Shown piece by piece: positions 28,177-37,898 of a stretch of DNA of 64,000 nucleotides. Both the position numbers and the translations under genes were made by a program. Positions within the stretch are counted from its first letter, which is position 1. The number at the start of each line of letters is the position of its first letter. The stretch is taken from assembly GCA_020850475.1 (NCBI GenBank), contig JADZEO010000010.1, positions 33,411-97,410 of the forward strand. Direction: 5' to 3'. The DNA comes from Bdellovibrionales bacterium. Lineage in GTDB: Bacteria; Bdellovibrionota; Bdellovibrionia; Bdellovibrionales; UBA1609. The notes beneath the pieces were generated by a model. That model ran no database searches, had not been told where the DNA came from, and saw only the letters and a list, made by a program, of their open reading frames with translations.

Positions 28177-29504
28177 TGGACGCTAAAGCTTCGTTGAATA
28201 TCGACAAATACTCCGCCGCGCTCCGCTTGATCAAGCTGACCAAAGACATCGGCAAGATCACTCAGGTGACGGGCTTTACCCTAAAGGGTTTTTTGCCGGG
28301 CGCTTGTGTTGGCAGTGTGTGTGCGGTCTATCCGACTGGAAGTGGTCAATCGTTTTTAGCCGAAGTGGTGGGCTTTCAAGATCGCCAGGTGGTGTTGATG
28401 CCTCTTGGTGAGATGCGCGGAGTGGGATTGGGATCAAAGGTGGAACTGCTTCGACCACGCGCCACAATCAATGTGGGTTGGGAGCTATTAGGCCGGGTGA
28501 TCGACGGGCTGGGTCAGCCGATTGATAACAAGGGTGAAATCGAGGCGCTCGAAGACCGTCCCCTCTATGGCGAGGCAACGAATCCTCTGGTGCGTCCGCC
28601 GATAGACACGCCGTTGAGCTTGGGCGTGCGGGCTATTGATGGACTCATCACCGTTGGCCAAGGTCAGCGCGTGGGCATTATGGCGGGCTCGGGCGTGGGC
28701 AAGTCGGTGTTGCTGGGCATGATTGCGCGGAACACCTTAGCCGATATCAACGTCATCGCGCTGATCGGCGAGCGTGGCCGTGAGGTGCGCGAGTTTATTG
28801 AGCAGAACTTGGGAGAAGAGGGGCTCAAACGGTCGGTGGTGGTCGTGGCGACTCCAGATCAGAGTCCCCTGGTGCGGATGCGGGGAGCCTTTGTGGCAAC
28901 TTCAATCGCCGAGTACTTCTGCGACCAAGGCAAGAATGTCCTGCTCATGATGGACTCCTTAACCCGTTTTGGGATGGCTCAGAGGGAAATTGGTTTGAGC
29001 ACGGGCGAGCCACCGACGTCAAAGGGTTACACGCCAAGCGTGTTCGGCATGTTGCCCAAAATTTTGGAAAGAGCAGGCCGCTTCGAAGGGCGAGGATCGA
29101 TCACCGGATTGTATACGGTTCTCGTCGAAGGCGATGACATGGACGACCCCATCGCCGACTCGGTTCGCTCGATCGTTGACGGGCACATTGTTCTTAATCG
29201 AAACCTCGCGCAGAAGGGACACTTCCCATCGATCGATGTCCTCCAAAGTACCAGTCGGGTTATGCGGTTTATAGTCTCCGAAGCCCACCAACAAATGGCT
29301 CTGCAGATGAGGGAGAGCCTGGCCACCTATAGCGAGGCTGAGGATCTGATTAACATCGGTGCCTATAAAGAGGGCTCCAATTCAAAGATCGATCGGGCGA
29401 TTGGCCTCCATGACGGCGTTGAGGGTTTTCTGCGGCAAGGGGAGCACGAGACAAGCCCCCCAATGGAGACTTTACTAGCAATGCAAAATTTGGTGGGTAG
29501 GTAA
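28173..29504 (+). CDS. fliI: Flagellum-specific ATPase FliI
   Basis: Walker A GSGVGKS and F1/T3SS-ATPase-like sequence throughout. Overlaps fliH by 4 nt. Confidence 0.95.
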   Translation: MMDAKASLNIDKYSAALRLIKLTKDIGKITQVTGFTLKGFLPGACVGSVCAVYPTGSGQSFLAEVVGFQDRQVVLMPLGEMRGVGLGSKVELLRPRATINVGWELLGRVIDGLGQPIDNKGEIEALEDRPLYGEATNPLVRPPIDTPLSLGVRAIDGLITVGQGQRVGIMAGSGVGKSVLLGMIARNTLADINVIALIGERGREVREFIEQNLGEEGLKRSVVVVATPDQSPLVRMRGAFVATSIAEYFCDQGKNVLLMMDSLTRFGMAQREIGLSTGEPPTSKGYTPSVFGMLPKILERAGRFEGRGSITGLYTVLVEGDDMDDPIADSVRSIVDGHIVLNRNLAQKGHFPSIDVLQSTSRVMRFIVSEAHQQMALQMRESLATYSEAEDLINIGAYKEGSNSKIDRAIGLHDGVEGFLRQGEHETSPPMETLLAMQNLVGR

Positions 29505-29509
29505 AACCA

Positions 29510-29959
29510 ATGCCATTCAAATTTACTCTTGAACCATTGATGAAACACCGCAAGCGCCTCGAAGAAGATGCTCAACGAGAATTCTTTAAGGCCAGGTCGG
29601 CGGTGGACGAAGCCCTGCGAAGGATTAACTCCTTGTATGAGAGTGTCGACCACGCACGCCGGCAGATTCAGATATTGCAGCGGTCCGGCGGCCAAGCGAT
29701 TGCCGCGATTACCCAACATGAGGAGTTCATTGCTGGCGTGCAAATTAGAATTGAGCGGGAACGTAAAGTGGCGCGGGAGCTCATGATGGTGGCGGAAGAA
29801 AAACACCAGGTCTTGCTGGAAGCTGCCAAGGAATTCAAGTCTATCGAGAAGCTGAAGGAACGCCGCCATCGGCAGTATCGAGAAGAAAAGAAAAAGAAAG
29901 AACTTAAAATTATTGATCAGACTGTGACGATGCGATTTAAACGAGGAGCCGTCGGATGA
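29510..29959 (+). CDS. fliJ: Flagellar export chaperone-like protein FliJ
   Basis: 149-aa coiled-coil protein directly after fliI. Confidence 0.75.
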   Translation: MPFKFTLEPLMKHRKRLEEDAQREFFKARSAVDEALRRINSLYESVDHARRQIQILQRSGGQAIAAITQHEEFIAGVQIRIERERKVARELMMVAEEKHQVLLEAAKEFKSIEKLKERRHRQYREEKKKKELKIIDQTVTMRFKRGAVG

Positions 29960-30780
29960 AATCGGGTTACGACCAACACTTCAAAAAAGTGCAACAAACA
30001 GCCAAAAATGTTCGTGGGTCCATGCCCAAGGGCAAGGCCAAACAGCGCTCCGCCGCGGTCCCCACCGATGCTGAGGTCGCCATTCGCCAAGCCTTAGGTC
30101 TCAAGCAAGCGGCCCGGCGACCGAAATTGAAGCCGGCAAAAATCTCCACTGTGGTGGGAGCTGCGGCTGTAATGGGTGGTTTAGGTGTGATGGTTTGGTT
30201 GGCGCTGGAGCCCTCACGGCTCGACCATTGGTTGGAGCGAGTGGAAATCGGTATCTTCGGCGAGACTTTGGCCGCCGAGTCCGGCGGGCGCAAGTCGGAA
30301 AAATCCGCCGAGGCGGGTCCCGCAAAAGAGGAAAAATCATCCTCGTCTGAAAGTCGAGGACCCCAAGCCGTCGGCGAAACGGTTCCACATGATCTGAGTT
30401 ATTACGCTAAGTTAAATGAAAAAAGAGAAGAGCTTGATTTGCGAGAAAAAGAGCTCGGTGAGTTGGAAGAGGAATTGCATAAGCAGAAAGCTGAGGTGGA
30501 AGCTCGCATTCAGCACCTAGAAGGACTGCGCGAGCAAATCGCCGGAGTCTTGAAAGAAAAGGTCGAGGTCGACCAAGAAAAGGTGAATCGGTTGGTGGAA
30601 TTTTACTCAAATATGAAACCTCAACAAGCAGCCAAGGTCATTGGGACCCTCAATGAAGACCTGGCCATTGAGGTCCTGGGCAAGATGAAAAAGAAAAGTG
30701 CAGCAGAGATCATGAACCTTCTCGAGCCTGACAAGGCCCAGGTGTTGTCCGAGAAATTTGCAGGATATAAACGGCGGTAG
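29956..30780 (+). CDS. MotE/YlxF-like flagellar protein (TM anchor, coiled coil, MgtE_N-like C-terminus)
   Basis: C-terminus MKPQQAAKVIGTLNEDLAIEVLGKMKKKSAAEIMNLLEPDKA resembles the MgtE-N/MotE fold. It occupies the ylxF position after fliJ. Confidence 0.6.
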   Translation: MKSGYDQHFKKVQQTAKNVRGSMPKGKAKQRSAAVPTDAEVAIRQALGLKQAARRPKLKPAKISTVVGAAAVMGGLGVMVWLALEPSRLDHWLERVEIGIFGETLAAESGGRKSEKSAEAGPAKEEKSSSSESRGPQAVGETVPHDLSYYAKLNEKREELDLREKELGELEEELHKQKAEVEARIQHLEGLREQIAGVLKEKVEVDQEKVNRLVEFYSNMKPQQAAKVIGTLNEDLAIEVLGKMKKKSAAEIMNLLEPDKAQVLSEKFAGYKRR

Positions 30781-30786
30781 ATAACT

Positions 30787-32682
30787 GTGTTGGATTTGAC
30801 GGCTGGTTTAAATGTTGGCTCTCAAGCGCGGGATCGGGCGGAAGCTCCGAGCGCTTCTAATCAGCCAATCCAGTTCGGCAAAAAGACCGCCAAGAACAAC
30901 CGTCCCAGTGAGGCTTCAGCAGAGTTCGGTCAAGAACTCTCCGCTCAACAAGCTAGCCCCACCAAGCCCTCAATCCCCAGTAAGGGATTTGAAGAAGTGC
31001 CTGCGCCTTCCGGAAAGTGGGAGACCATTGAGGCCCGCTCGGCAGAACCTAAACTCCAAACCAAAGAGGCTGTGCCCGAATGGCCAGTCGCAGTTAAGGC
31101 CGCGGGTGAAGTGGATCCCTTGACCCGTCGATCGGCAATGATGGCCTTTATCCGCAAGATGGAAGATGAGTTGGGCATTAGCGCAACTGATATTGTGGCG
31201 GCCTTTTCTAAATTAACCGCCGAAGAGCTCTTGGCGCCGCCGGAAGAAAGTGTCGGACGAGTGCTGGATCAAATGGGCCTACAAGGTGAGGATCGGGAGA
31301 AAGCCCTTCTTTATTTTGAAGAAATGCTCAAAAAGTCAGCCTCATCAAATATGGCTGAGTACCTCAAGGGCAGTAATCAACAGATTTCATTAGAAGTAAT
31401 GTCAAAATCCGAAGCTCGCAAAAAACAGATCAACGACTCGGTTGATCGCATGTCACAGTCGTTCTTTGTCTCTCCCGCCAGCCGTCAGGCCTCGGTGATG
31501 GGGGCGACAGCAGCGGGAGCGGCGATAGCGGGAGCAGGAGTAGGAGCAGCGGCAGGGGGAGTGGGCACCAGTGCCCAAGGCCAAATGCTGTGGAGTGCGC
31601 AGTCACCGACCAGTGAATTAGGGTGGGCCAATCAAGGGGAGCAAGGTTTAAGTCAGGGCTTTGAGGGCCTGACAGAAGCGAACACCACCGAGGCGGCGGG
31701 TTCGCTGCGTCCCAACTCCACCTCAGGGCAACCGCTGCCTCAGGGTTTTGAGGGAATCAGCTCTGGCGAATCGGTCAGTCTCAAGGAAAACGCTCAGGCG
31801 ATTAAAACCGCCCCTGAAACGCCGACCAGTTCTAGCCAGGGCTCCGGAAAAGTCTTGGCCTTTGGCTTTGGCGCGGATCCAGTGGTTGAGGCTCTCGGTG
31901 AAACTGAGGCGATGACGGTTCCGGCCGAAACGGCGGAAGCGCTCGGCAAAATTTTCGATCAAACAAATGTTGAAACAACCGACACGGCGAAACCGACTTC
32001 CGAAGCGGCAGCCGGAAGTGTAACAGCGGCTTTTGACTCCAAGGAACAGCGAGCCGAAGATGGTCACCAAGACCTGAGCGGCGAAGCCCAAGGCGACACC
32101 GCCCAATCACTCGCTGGCCAAACCACGCAAAAAGTCGCGGACCAGCCGGCCTTCATGCCCTTAGCACCTAAGATGAGCGAAAATCAAGAAGCTCAAAATG
32201 TTCGTAATGTCGTCGACCAAGCTCAAGTCATGATTCGCAATGGCGGCGGCGAAATGAAGGTGAAGCTCAATCCAGAAGGCATTGGCGAGGTGACCTTGAA
32301 AGTGGTCAGTGAAGGTGGGCGCGTCAATGTGGAAATGATCGCCTCCAATGCTGAAACCAAGCGCATGCTCGAGCGGGGATTGGGTGATTTGCGTGAAACG
32401 CTGGCATCACACAAACTCAATATCGATCACGTGAAGGTGGGATCGACGGAGCAAACCTCTAAGCAGATGGATCAGCAGCTCCAAGATCAGCAGTCGCGAT
32501 TTGCTCAGCAATTTATGGAAGACTTCCGACGCGAGAATCAAGCTTGGCGCCAAGGCTTTGTCGACATGCCAGGCATACGCAATTATCGGTCTCAAACAAC
32601 TGATGGCAGCGGCATGGGTGGAATTACTCCGCAGCAGTCATCAGGTAAACGCGAAGGTCGACGACTCGACCTGGTCGCATAG
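30787..32682 (+). CDS. fliK: Flagellar hook-length control protein FliK
   Basis: Low-complexity Ala/Gly/Ser/Pro-rich body. C-terminal Flg_hook-like domain (GGGEMKVKLNPEGIGEVTLKVVSEGGRVNVEMIASN). Confidence 0.8.
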   Translation: MLDLTAGLNVGSQARDRAEAPSASNQPIQFGKKTAKNNRPSEASAEFGQELSAQQASPTKPSIPSKGFEEVPAPSGKWETIEARSAEPKLQTKEAVPEWPVAVKAAGEVDPLTRRSAMMAFIRKMEDELGISATDIVAAFSKLTAEELLAPPEESVGRVLDQMGLQGEDREKALLYFEEMLKKSASSNMAEYLKGSNQQISLEVMSKSEARKKQINDSVDRMSQSFFVSPASRQASVMGATAAGAAIAGAGVGAAAGGVGTSAQGQMLWSAQSPTSELGWANQGEQGLSQGFEGLTEANTTEAAGSLRPNSTSGQPLPQGFEGISSGESVSLKENAQAIKTAPETPTSSSQGSGKVLAFGFGADPVVEALGETEAMTVPAETAEALGKIFDQTNVETTDTAKPTSEAAAGSVTAAFDSKEQRAEDGHQDLSGEAQGDTAQSLAGQTTQKVADQPAFMPLAPKMSENQEAQNVRNVVDQAQVMIRNGGGEMKVKLNPEGIGEVTLKVVSEGGRVNVEMIASNAETKRMLERGLGDLRETLASHKLNIDHVKVGSTEQTSKQMDQQLQDQQSRFAQQFMEDFRRENQAWRQGFVDMPGIRNYRSQTTDGSGMGGITPQQSSGKREGRRLDLVA

Positions 32683-32700
32683 GAACTTGAATAGAAAACT

Positions 32701-33705
32701 ATGATTAATATCAAGAACTCAACCCAAACCTGGTCCACGGCACAACAAGATCCGAGTTGGAAGTCAGACAATGTGCAAAATGTCAGTGCTGAGGAGTACA
32801 AAAAGGCCTTTGGCGAAAAAGATGTGGGTGAGGTTCTGAACAAGCTCGCCGACCCCAATTGGGTCGATCCGGCCAAAACTCGCCGAGTGGGCAACAATCA
32901 ACTCGACAAAGATGCCTTTCTTAAATTGCTTTTGACCCAATTAAAATATCAAGATCCGACCAACCCGATGGAGAGCCATGAGATGGCGGCCCAACTGGCC
33001 CAGTTCTCTTCACTCGAGAGCTTGGCCAACATTGATAAAGGGATTGGCGAACTGCAAAAGGCCGCCGCACCAAAGAACGATTTTGCGGCCCTCAACCTGA
33101 TCGGCAAGGCTGTCAGCGGCGATTCGTCTAAAATCAGTCGCACCGATGAGACTGAACAACACGACGTTCAATACGATCTTTTGGGTGACGCCCAAAAGGT
33201 CATCGTTAAGGGTCTCGATGCCAACAACCAGCCCGTGCGTGAGTTGACCTTTAGTGACGTCAAGAAGGGAAAAGCTGAGTTTAATTGGAACGGACTTGAC
33301 GAAGAGGGCAAGGCAGCTCGGCCTGGTCAGTACCGCCTGCAAATTGATGCTGTCGGCTCGAATGGACTCAAGGTCGGCGCGACCACCCAGTTCGAAGGTA
33401 GAATTAGCGGTGTTAACTTCACTCCCACTGGGCCCTTGTTGTTGATTGGCAATCAGAGTATTCGTCTTAGCGATGTGAAAAAGATTGTGGACCCAGCGAT
33501 GTTGGGTGGTCAGGCCGTTCAACGCCCGACCGAAATTCCCAATCAGCCAAATGCGAAGGCCGCGGGAGCTCCAGGCCCGGCTATGGCGGCCAACGATGGC
33601 GCCTCAGGTGATCCGGGGGCAGTGACCGGGAATATGGAATCCGTAGGAATGAGTCGAGGAATGCTCAACGCCATGAAAAAGCAAGGCGTTAAGGCGGGAT
33701 TGTGA
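32701..33705 (+). CDS. flgD: Flagellar hook assembly/capping protein FlgD
   Basis: LDKDAFLKLLLTQLKYQDPTNPM signature and a C-terminal FlgD Ig-like region. Confidence 0.9.
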   Translation: MINIKNSTQTWSTAQQDPSWKSDNVQNVSAEEYKKAFGEKDVGEVLNKLADPNWVDPAKTRRVGNNQLDKDAFLKLLLTQLKYQDPTNPMESHEMAAQLAQFSSLESLANIDKGIGELQKAAAPKNDFAALNLIGKAVSGDSSKISRTDETEQHDVQYDLLGDAQKVIVKGLDANNQPVRELTFSDVKKGKAEFNWNGLDEEGKAARPGQYRLQIDAVGSNGLKVGATTQFEGRISGVNFTPTGPLLLIGNQSIRLSDVKKIVDPAMLGGQAVQRPTEIPNQPNAKAAGAPGPAMAANDGASGDPGAVTGNMESVGMSRGMLNAMKKQGVKAGL

Positions 33706-34136
33706 GTTTGATCAATCAGGCCGGAAAAGTCGGCCAACTTTCACCCATCACGAATGACAAGCCGTCCGGGCTTGGTGATTTGGGCAAAGTTCAAGGTGAG
33801 GGCTTTAAAGACGTCCTTCGCCAAGTGCGCGATCAAGCGACAGAAAAGGCGACAGCCGCGGCAAAACCAAATGGCAACGAAAGCGGCATTCGCTTTTCGA
33901 ATCATGCGGTAGAGCGAATGCGCAGTCGGGGAATTGTGTATGGTCCGGAAACTTTAGACAAGATCGGCCAAGCGATGCAAAAGGCCGCAGCGAAAGGAGC
34001 AAAGGAAACCCTCGTACTTACAGATAACTCAGCGTTGATTGTGAGTGTGAAAAACAACACGGTCGTTACGGTGATGGATAAAAACGCGCTTAAGGAAAAT
34101 GTTTTTACCAACATTGACTCGACTGTGGTGATTTAA
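33702..34136 (+). CDS. Small flagellar operon protein (family found between flgD and flgE in some fla operons)
   Basis: IRFSNHAVERMRSRGI...KGAKETLVLTDNSALIVSVKNNTVVTVMDK...NVFTNIDSTVVI matches my recollection of the TIGR02530-type family. Confidence 0.6.
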   Translation: MSLINQAGKVGQLSPITNDKPSGLGDLGKVQGEGFKDVLRQVRDQATEKATAAAKPNGNESGIRFSNHAVERMRSRGIVYGPETLDKIGQAMQKAAAKGAKETLVLTDNSALIVSVKNNTVVTVMDKNALKENVFTNIDSTVVI

Positions 34137-34250
34137 AAATAGAAAAACGGTTTGAACAGAAAGTTTAATAACCAGGGGCTGGACCTCATTGAGGGGGCCC
34201 CTCCATAAACGCCACGGAGTGATTGAAGTGGCGCAAGACATGGAGGTCTT

Positions 34251-35549
34251 ATGGGTGTTTTATCGTCACTTTATACCGGTGTGTCCGGTTTGAGCGCGCA
34301 AGGCGAAGCGCTGGGCGTAATCGGCGACAACATCGCCAACGCCAACACGGTGGGATTCAAAGCCAGCCGTGCGGAATTTCAAGACATCATCTCAAAGAGT
34401 CTTAAAGGCATTCTTGGTGGTAACCAGATTGGCCGCGGGGTAAAAATTGGTGCAGTTAATCCGATTTTGACCCAAGGTAACGTCGACGCAACGGAAAAGG
34501 CCACCGACTTAGCCATTTCTGGAGACGGATACTACATCGTGCGAGGCTCTGACGGTGAGTCGTTTACTCGTGATGGTTCTTTCCACTTTGACAAGGAAGG
34601 ATACCTGGTCACCAATGACAACCAGCGGGTGCAAGGTTTTGAAGCGGACGAAGCCGGAACCGTCATCAACAAAATTGGTGATATTAAGTTCCCGCGCGCC
34701 CTCATTCCTGCTCGTGGCACGACCAAAGTTAAACTCGAGCTCAATTTAGATTCTCGCGTTTCACAAGATCCAACGACGGTCAAAACGTTTGATCCTAAGA
34801 ATCCCTACGACACTTCCAACTACTCGACAGGGGTTGAGATCTACGATTCGCAAGGCAACAAACACTTAATGACGATGTTCTTCAACAAGACTGCGGACCG
34901 CACCTGGGATTTCCGCGGGATGGTTGACGGCAAAGAAGTCGTGGGTGGCGTTGACGAAGGTCTTTCAGAAGTTTGCAAAGGAAAACTGACCTTCACGGTT
35001 GACGGCAAACTCGACACCGAAGAGTTGCAGGCTTCGACCTTCAACTTCAAGGGTGGAGCGCTTCAGAATCAACAGATCAAGATTGATTTTGGTGATTCAA
35101 TCACCACGGACAAAGGCAAGGGTCTCGATGGGACTAAGCAGTACGGAAAAGACTCCGACATGATCGCCTGGAATCAAGATGGTAGCGCCGCAGGTACCAT
35201 TACGAATCTGTCGTTTAACGACGAGGGCGTGTTGACGGCTCTGTACAGCAACGGAACCACCAAGGACCTTGCGCAGATCTCCCTGGCGAAGTTCGAAAAT
35301 CCCGAAGCGTTGTTCAAAGTCGGTAACAACCGACTTAAAGAAGCCCGTGACTCAGGTGCTCCAGCGGTGGGCAAACCCAATCGCGCGGGCCGTGGCAAGA
35401 TCTTCGCGAAGTCGCTCGAGCGTTCAACGGTGGATCTGGCCCTGGAATTCGTTAACCTGATTCAGAATCAACGGGGATTCCAAGCCAACGCCAAAACCAT
35501 CACCACCACCGATGAGTTGCTGGCGGAAGTGATTAACCTAAAACGATAG
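34251..35549 (+). CDS. flgE: Flagellar hook protein FlgE
   Basis: N-terminus MGVLSSLYTGVSGLSAQGEALGVIGDNIANANTVGFK and C-terminus FVNLIQNQRGFQANAKTITTTDELL. Confidence 0.95.
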   Translation: MGVLSSLYTGVSGLSAQGEALGVIGDNIANANTVGFKASRAEFQDIISKSLKGILGGNQIGRGVKIGAVNPILTQGNVDATEKATDLAISGDGYYIVRGSDGESFTRDGSFHFDKEGYLVTNDNQRVQGFEADEAGTVINKIGDIKFPRALIPARGTTKVKLELNLDSRVSQDPTTVKTFDPKNPYDTSNYSTGVEIYDSQGNKHLMTMFFNKTADRTWDFRGMVDGKEVVGGVDEGLSEVCKGKLTFTVDGKLDTEELQASTFNFKGGALQNQQIKIDFGDSITTDKGKGLDGTKQYGKDSDMIAWNQDGSAAGTITNLSFNDEGVLTALYSNGTTKDLAQISLAKFENPEALFKVGNNRLKEARDSGAPAVGKPNRAGRGKIFAKSLERSTVDLALEFVNLIQNQRGFQANAKTITTTDELLAEVINLKR

Positions 35550-35571
35550 TAATTTAATTGTTCGTACTGAT

Positions 35572-35603
35572 CAGGGGTCCTAAGGGACCCCTGGTGATTT
35601 GCG
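35572..35603 (+). terminator. Hairpin after flgE (9-bp perfect stem CAGGGGTCC/GGACCCCTG, loop TAAG, weak T tract)
   Basis: Read directly, 23 nt after the flgE stop. The tail GTGATTTG is only a weak U tract. Confidence 0.5.
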
Positions 35604-35610
35604 TAGACCA

Positions 35611-37431
35611 ATGAGTAAAACAGCCCTTGAAATAGCTCAGTCGAAATTTTCTGTGCCCTCATTAGTTGCGGGGGTTGTGGGTGCGTCGAGCCTTGCGGTG
35701 GCGCTGTTTTCGCAGGCGGGAACGGCTCCGCAATGTTCGTTTGAAGCGCTCACCAACAATTGCCGCATGTTCGAGGGTGACCCAATCAAATTTCCCGATG
35801 GGACAAGTCTGCCGTCGATCACCGAGCGGAGTCCGGCATTGGCAGCACAGTTGGCCTCAGGTGGTACGGAATCTTCGCCGAGCCAAGAGGCTTCGTTGCA
35901 GTTGGCCCAACGGGAATGGGAAGCGCGCCTTGATCTTCTCGAATTGTTGAACCAAGTCGACAAGTACCGGTTAAGTCGGCAGGCGGTTCTTTATTTTAGT
36001 AATCACCCGGAAATATTAGATTTGATTTTCTCCGATGATCGACAAGACGGCGAGCAGGTGGTCCCGTGGCCAATGGATGGACGTGCGGAGCTCAATGGCG
36101 TGATTTCTTTGCGCCGGGTGAAGACCGCTGAAATTCGCCGCTATCTCGAGCGAAACCTGCCGGCGCATATTCGCGAGCAAGCGCGCAAGGCGGCCCGCCA
36201 ATACACCGAGTTGAGTCCTCGATATCCCTCGACAAGTGACTTTCGCGCCGGAGAACCTGGTACCATCGCGAGCCAGGAGCGAAATATCAGCCGAGTGGAG
36301 GCGGTATTTGCGCGCGCCCGGGCTCGAGTCGAAGAAATTTTGCTGGGCGGGCGACCGGAACAATCTCTGACCGAGGGTGAACGAGGTCAGCTTGAGAAAA
36401 TTCGCGGTTTGCGCTTGCGATTTCCGCCACTCAACTCAGGCAGTTGTCAGGGCATCTTAGGCAATGCCTACTACTTTTCCGCTGATAACACCGTCAACGT
36501 ATGTCCCCAACTCCTCAATCACCCCGAGGCGAGTCTTGCGACGGTGCTTGGCCACGAAGTGGGTCATGCGGTTGATCCGTGCAACTCCCAGTTCGGCTAC
36601 TGGCAGATCAATCGTGATCTTGCCAAACGCCTCAATCCGACTCGACCACCTCCGGAAGTGGCGGCCAGTCGGTCGCGGAGTTTGATTCTAGCGGCGGCAG
36701 TCGGTATTGGCCGCACGGCCGATGGCGATCGGACCGCTCTTCCGTTTGAAATTCTGGCGAATTCGTCGGATGACCTCAAGTACTTTGAAAGCCTTGGTCT
36801 GCTTAAGTCGATCGCGCCGGGCATTCCCTTTGGTAGCTATCCTCTCAGTGATGTCTATAAATGTTTGACGTCCTCTCCTGGCGGGGGCTTTCGGGAAGTG
36901 ACCATGGAAGACATGAGTCGAATGGCCACTGAAGTCACCCGCTACAGGTCGGAAATTTTCGGAAGTGACTACGATCTCGCAAACGATCACCAACGCATCA
37001 TCGAGACCTTCAGTCGTTATCCGCAGTGTACGGGGTCAGCCAAGGCCTCGCAAATGGGTGAGGCCATCTCGGACTGGTTCGGGGCCGAGGTGCTGGCCGA
37101 TTTTCTCCAGAGCAAGTCGCTCACAAGCCAAAACGATAAGATTGCGGGCATTGGATTTTTTGCCGCTCAAGTTTGCCTTGATCGAAAGCAACAAACGGTG
37201 CCGGTGGGTCCTGACATCGAGGTCATGAACGCGGCTCTTCGCGATTGGCGAGCATACAAGGGTGAGCATCCACCATCGGTTCGGCGAATCAACGAAGTTA
37301 TTCTGCGCCACCCGGCTATTCGCCAAGCTTTGGGGTGCAAGCCAGGTGACCCCAATTGCAAACATCACAGCGGAGCGGGAAAAGGCACAAATGCGCCGAC
37401 TGAAGCCATCACTCCGGGAGTAGGAAACTAA
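35611..37431 (+). CDS. Divergent M13 (neprilysin/PepO)-like zinc metallopeptidase, secreted
   Basis: NAYYFSADNTVNVCPQLL ... VLGHEVGHAVD (HExxH) ... GEAISDWFG parallels the M13 motifs NAYY, xGHExxHxxD and GENIADxGG. The N-terminus is hydrophobic. Start is ATG 35611 or TTG 35599. Confidence 0.6.
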   Translation: MSKTALEIAQSKFSVPSLVAGVVGASSLAVALFSQAGTAPQCSFEALTNNCRMFEGDPIKFPDGTSLPSITERSPALAAQLASGGTESSPSQEASLQLAQREWEARLDLLELLNQVDKYRLSRQAVLYFSNHPEILDLIFSDDRQDGEQVVPWPMDGRAELNGVISLRRVKTAEIRRYLERNLPAHIREQARKAARQYTELSPRYPSTSDFRAGEPGTIASQERNISRVEAVFARARARVEEILLGGRPEQSLTEGERGQLEKIRGLRLRFPPLNSGSCQGILGNAYYFSADNTVNVCPQLLNHPEASLATVLGHEVGHAVDPCNSQFGYWQINRDLAKRLNPTRPPPEVAASRSRSLILAAAVGIGRTADGDRTALPFEILANSSDDLKYFESLGLLKSIAPGIPFGSYPLSDVYKCLTSSPGGGFREVTMEDMSRMATEVTRYRSEIFGSDYDLANDHQRIIETFSRYPQCTGSAKASQMGEAISDWFGAEVLADFLQSKSLTSQNDKIAGIGFFAAQVCLDRKQQTVPVGPDIEVMNAALRDWRAYKGEHPPSVRRINEVILRHPAIRQALGCKPGDPNCKHHSGAGKGTNAPTEAITPGVGN

Positions 37432-37898
37432 TGAGTTGGTTACGAGACATGCTGATACTTTTGCTCATCGGTTGTTATCTGGCGATGGCCTTGGCCTCTG
37501 AGGCGGCAACCTCGCCCTACAAGCCCTTGGAAGACTGGGTGGTGACCGTGGGACACGCGGCTCCTGAACAGCTCGTCCTGTCGAGGGGCCAATGGAAGGA
37601 GCGCAAGGTGTGGATGATTGGGTACAAGGTCGGGGAGCGCCTGGCCGGTCAAAAAGTTCTCACGGACGACTTCTTCCAGAAGTTTGAAAAAGAGTTGCAG
37701 GGATTTATTCGCCTCGGGGGAACTCGCAATTCCGCAGCACTTCCCTGCGAGATGCCGGTGTTGGTCCACCACCGGGAGACGGCAAAAATCACTCGCCAGG
37801 AGCTTTGCCCGATGCAAATGGCAGCGGCAGACCAACTCAAATTTGGAGATTGGTACCGCCGCTGGCAACTTTGGGTGACTCAAGATCAGGTCTTTTAG
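37431..37898 (+). CDS. Hypothetical secreted protein, translationally coupled (TAATG) to the M13-like gene
   Basis: Signal peptide MSWLRDMLILLLIGCYLAMALASEA. 1-nt overlap with the upstream stop. No family recognised. Confidence 0.5.
   Translation: MSWLRDMLILLLIGCYLAMALASEAATSPYKPLEDWVVTVGHAAPEQLVLSRGQWKERKVWMIGYKVGERLAGQKVLTDDFFQKFEKELQGFIRLGGTRNSAALPCEMPVLVHHRETAKITRQELCPMQMAAADQLKFGDWYRRWQLWVTQDQVF

Noticed and set aside
34170-34205. Nested hairpin AGGGGC..CCTC-ATT-GAGG..GCCCCT upstream of flgE, as a possible terminator or attenuator
   Set aside because: No U tract follows. It lies within an operon where read-through is expected, and the evidence is too thin for a functional call.
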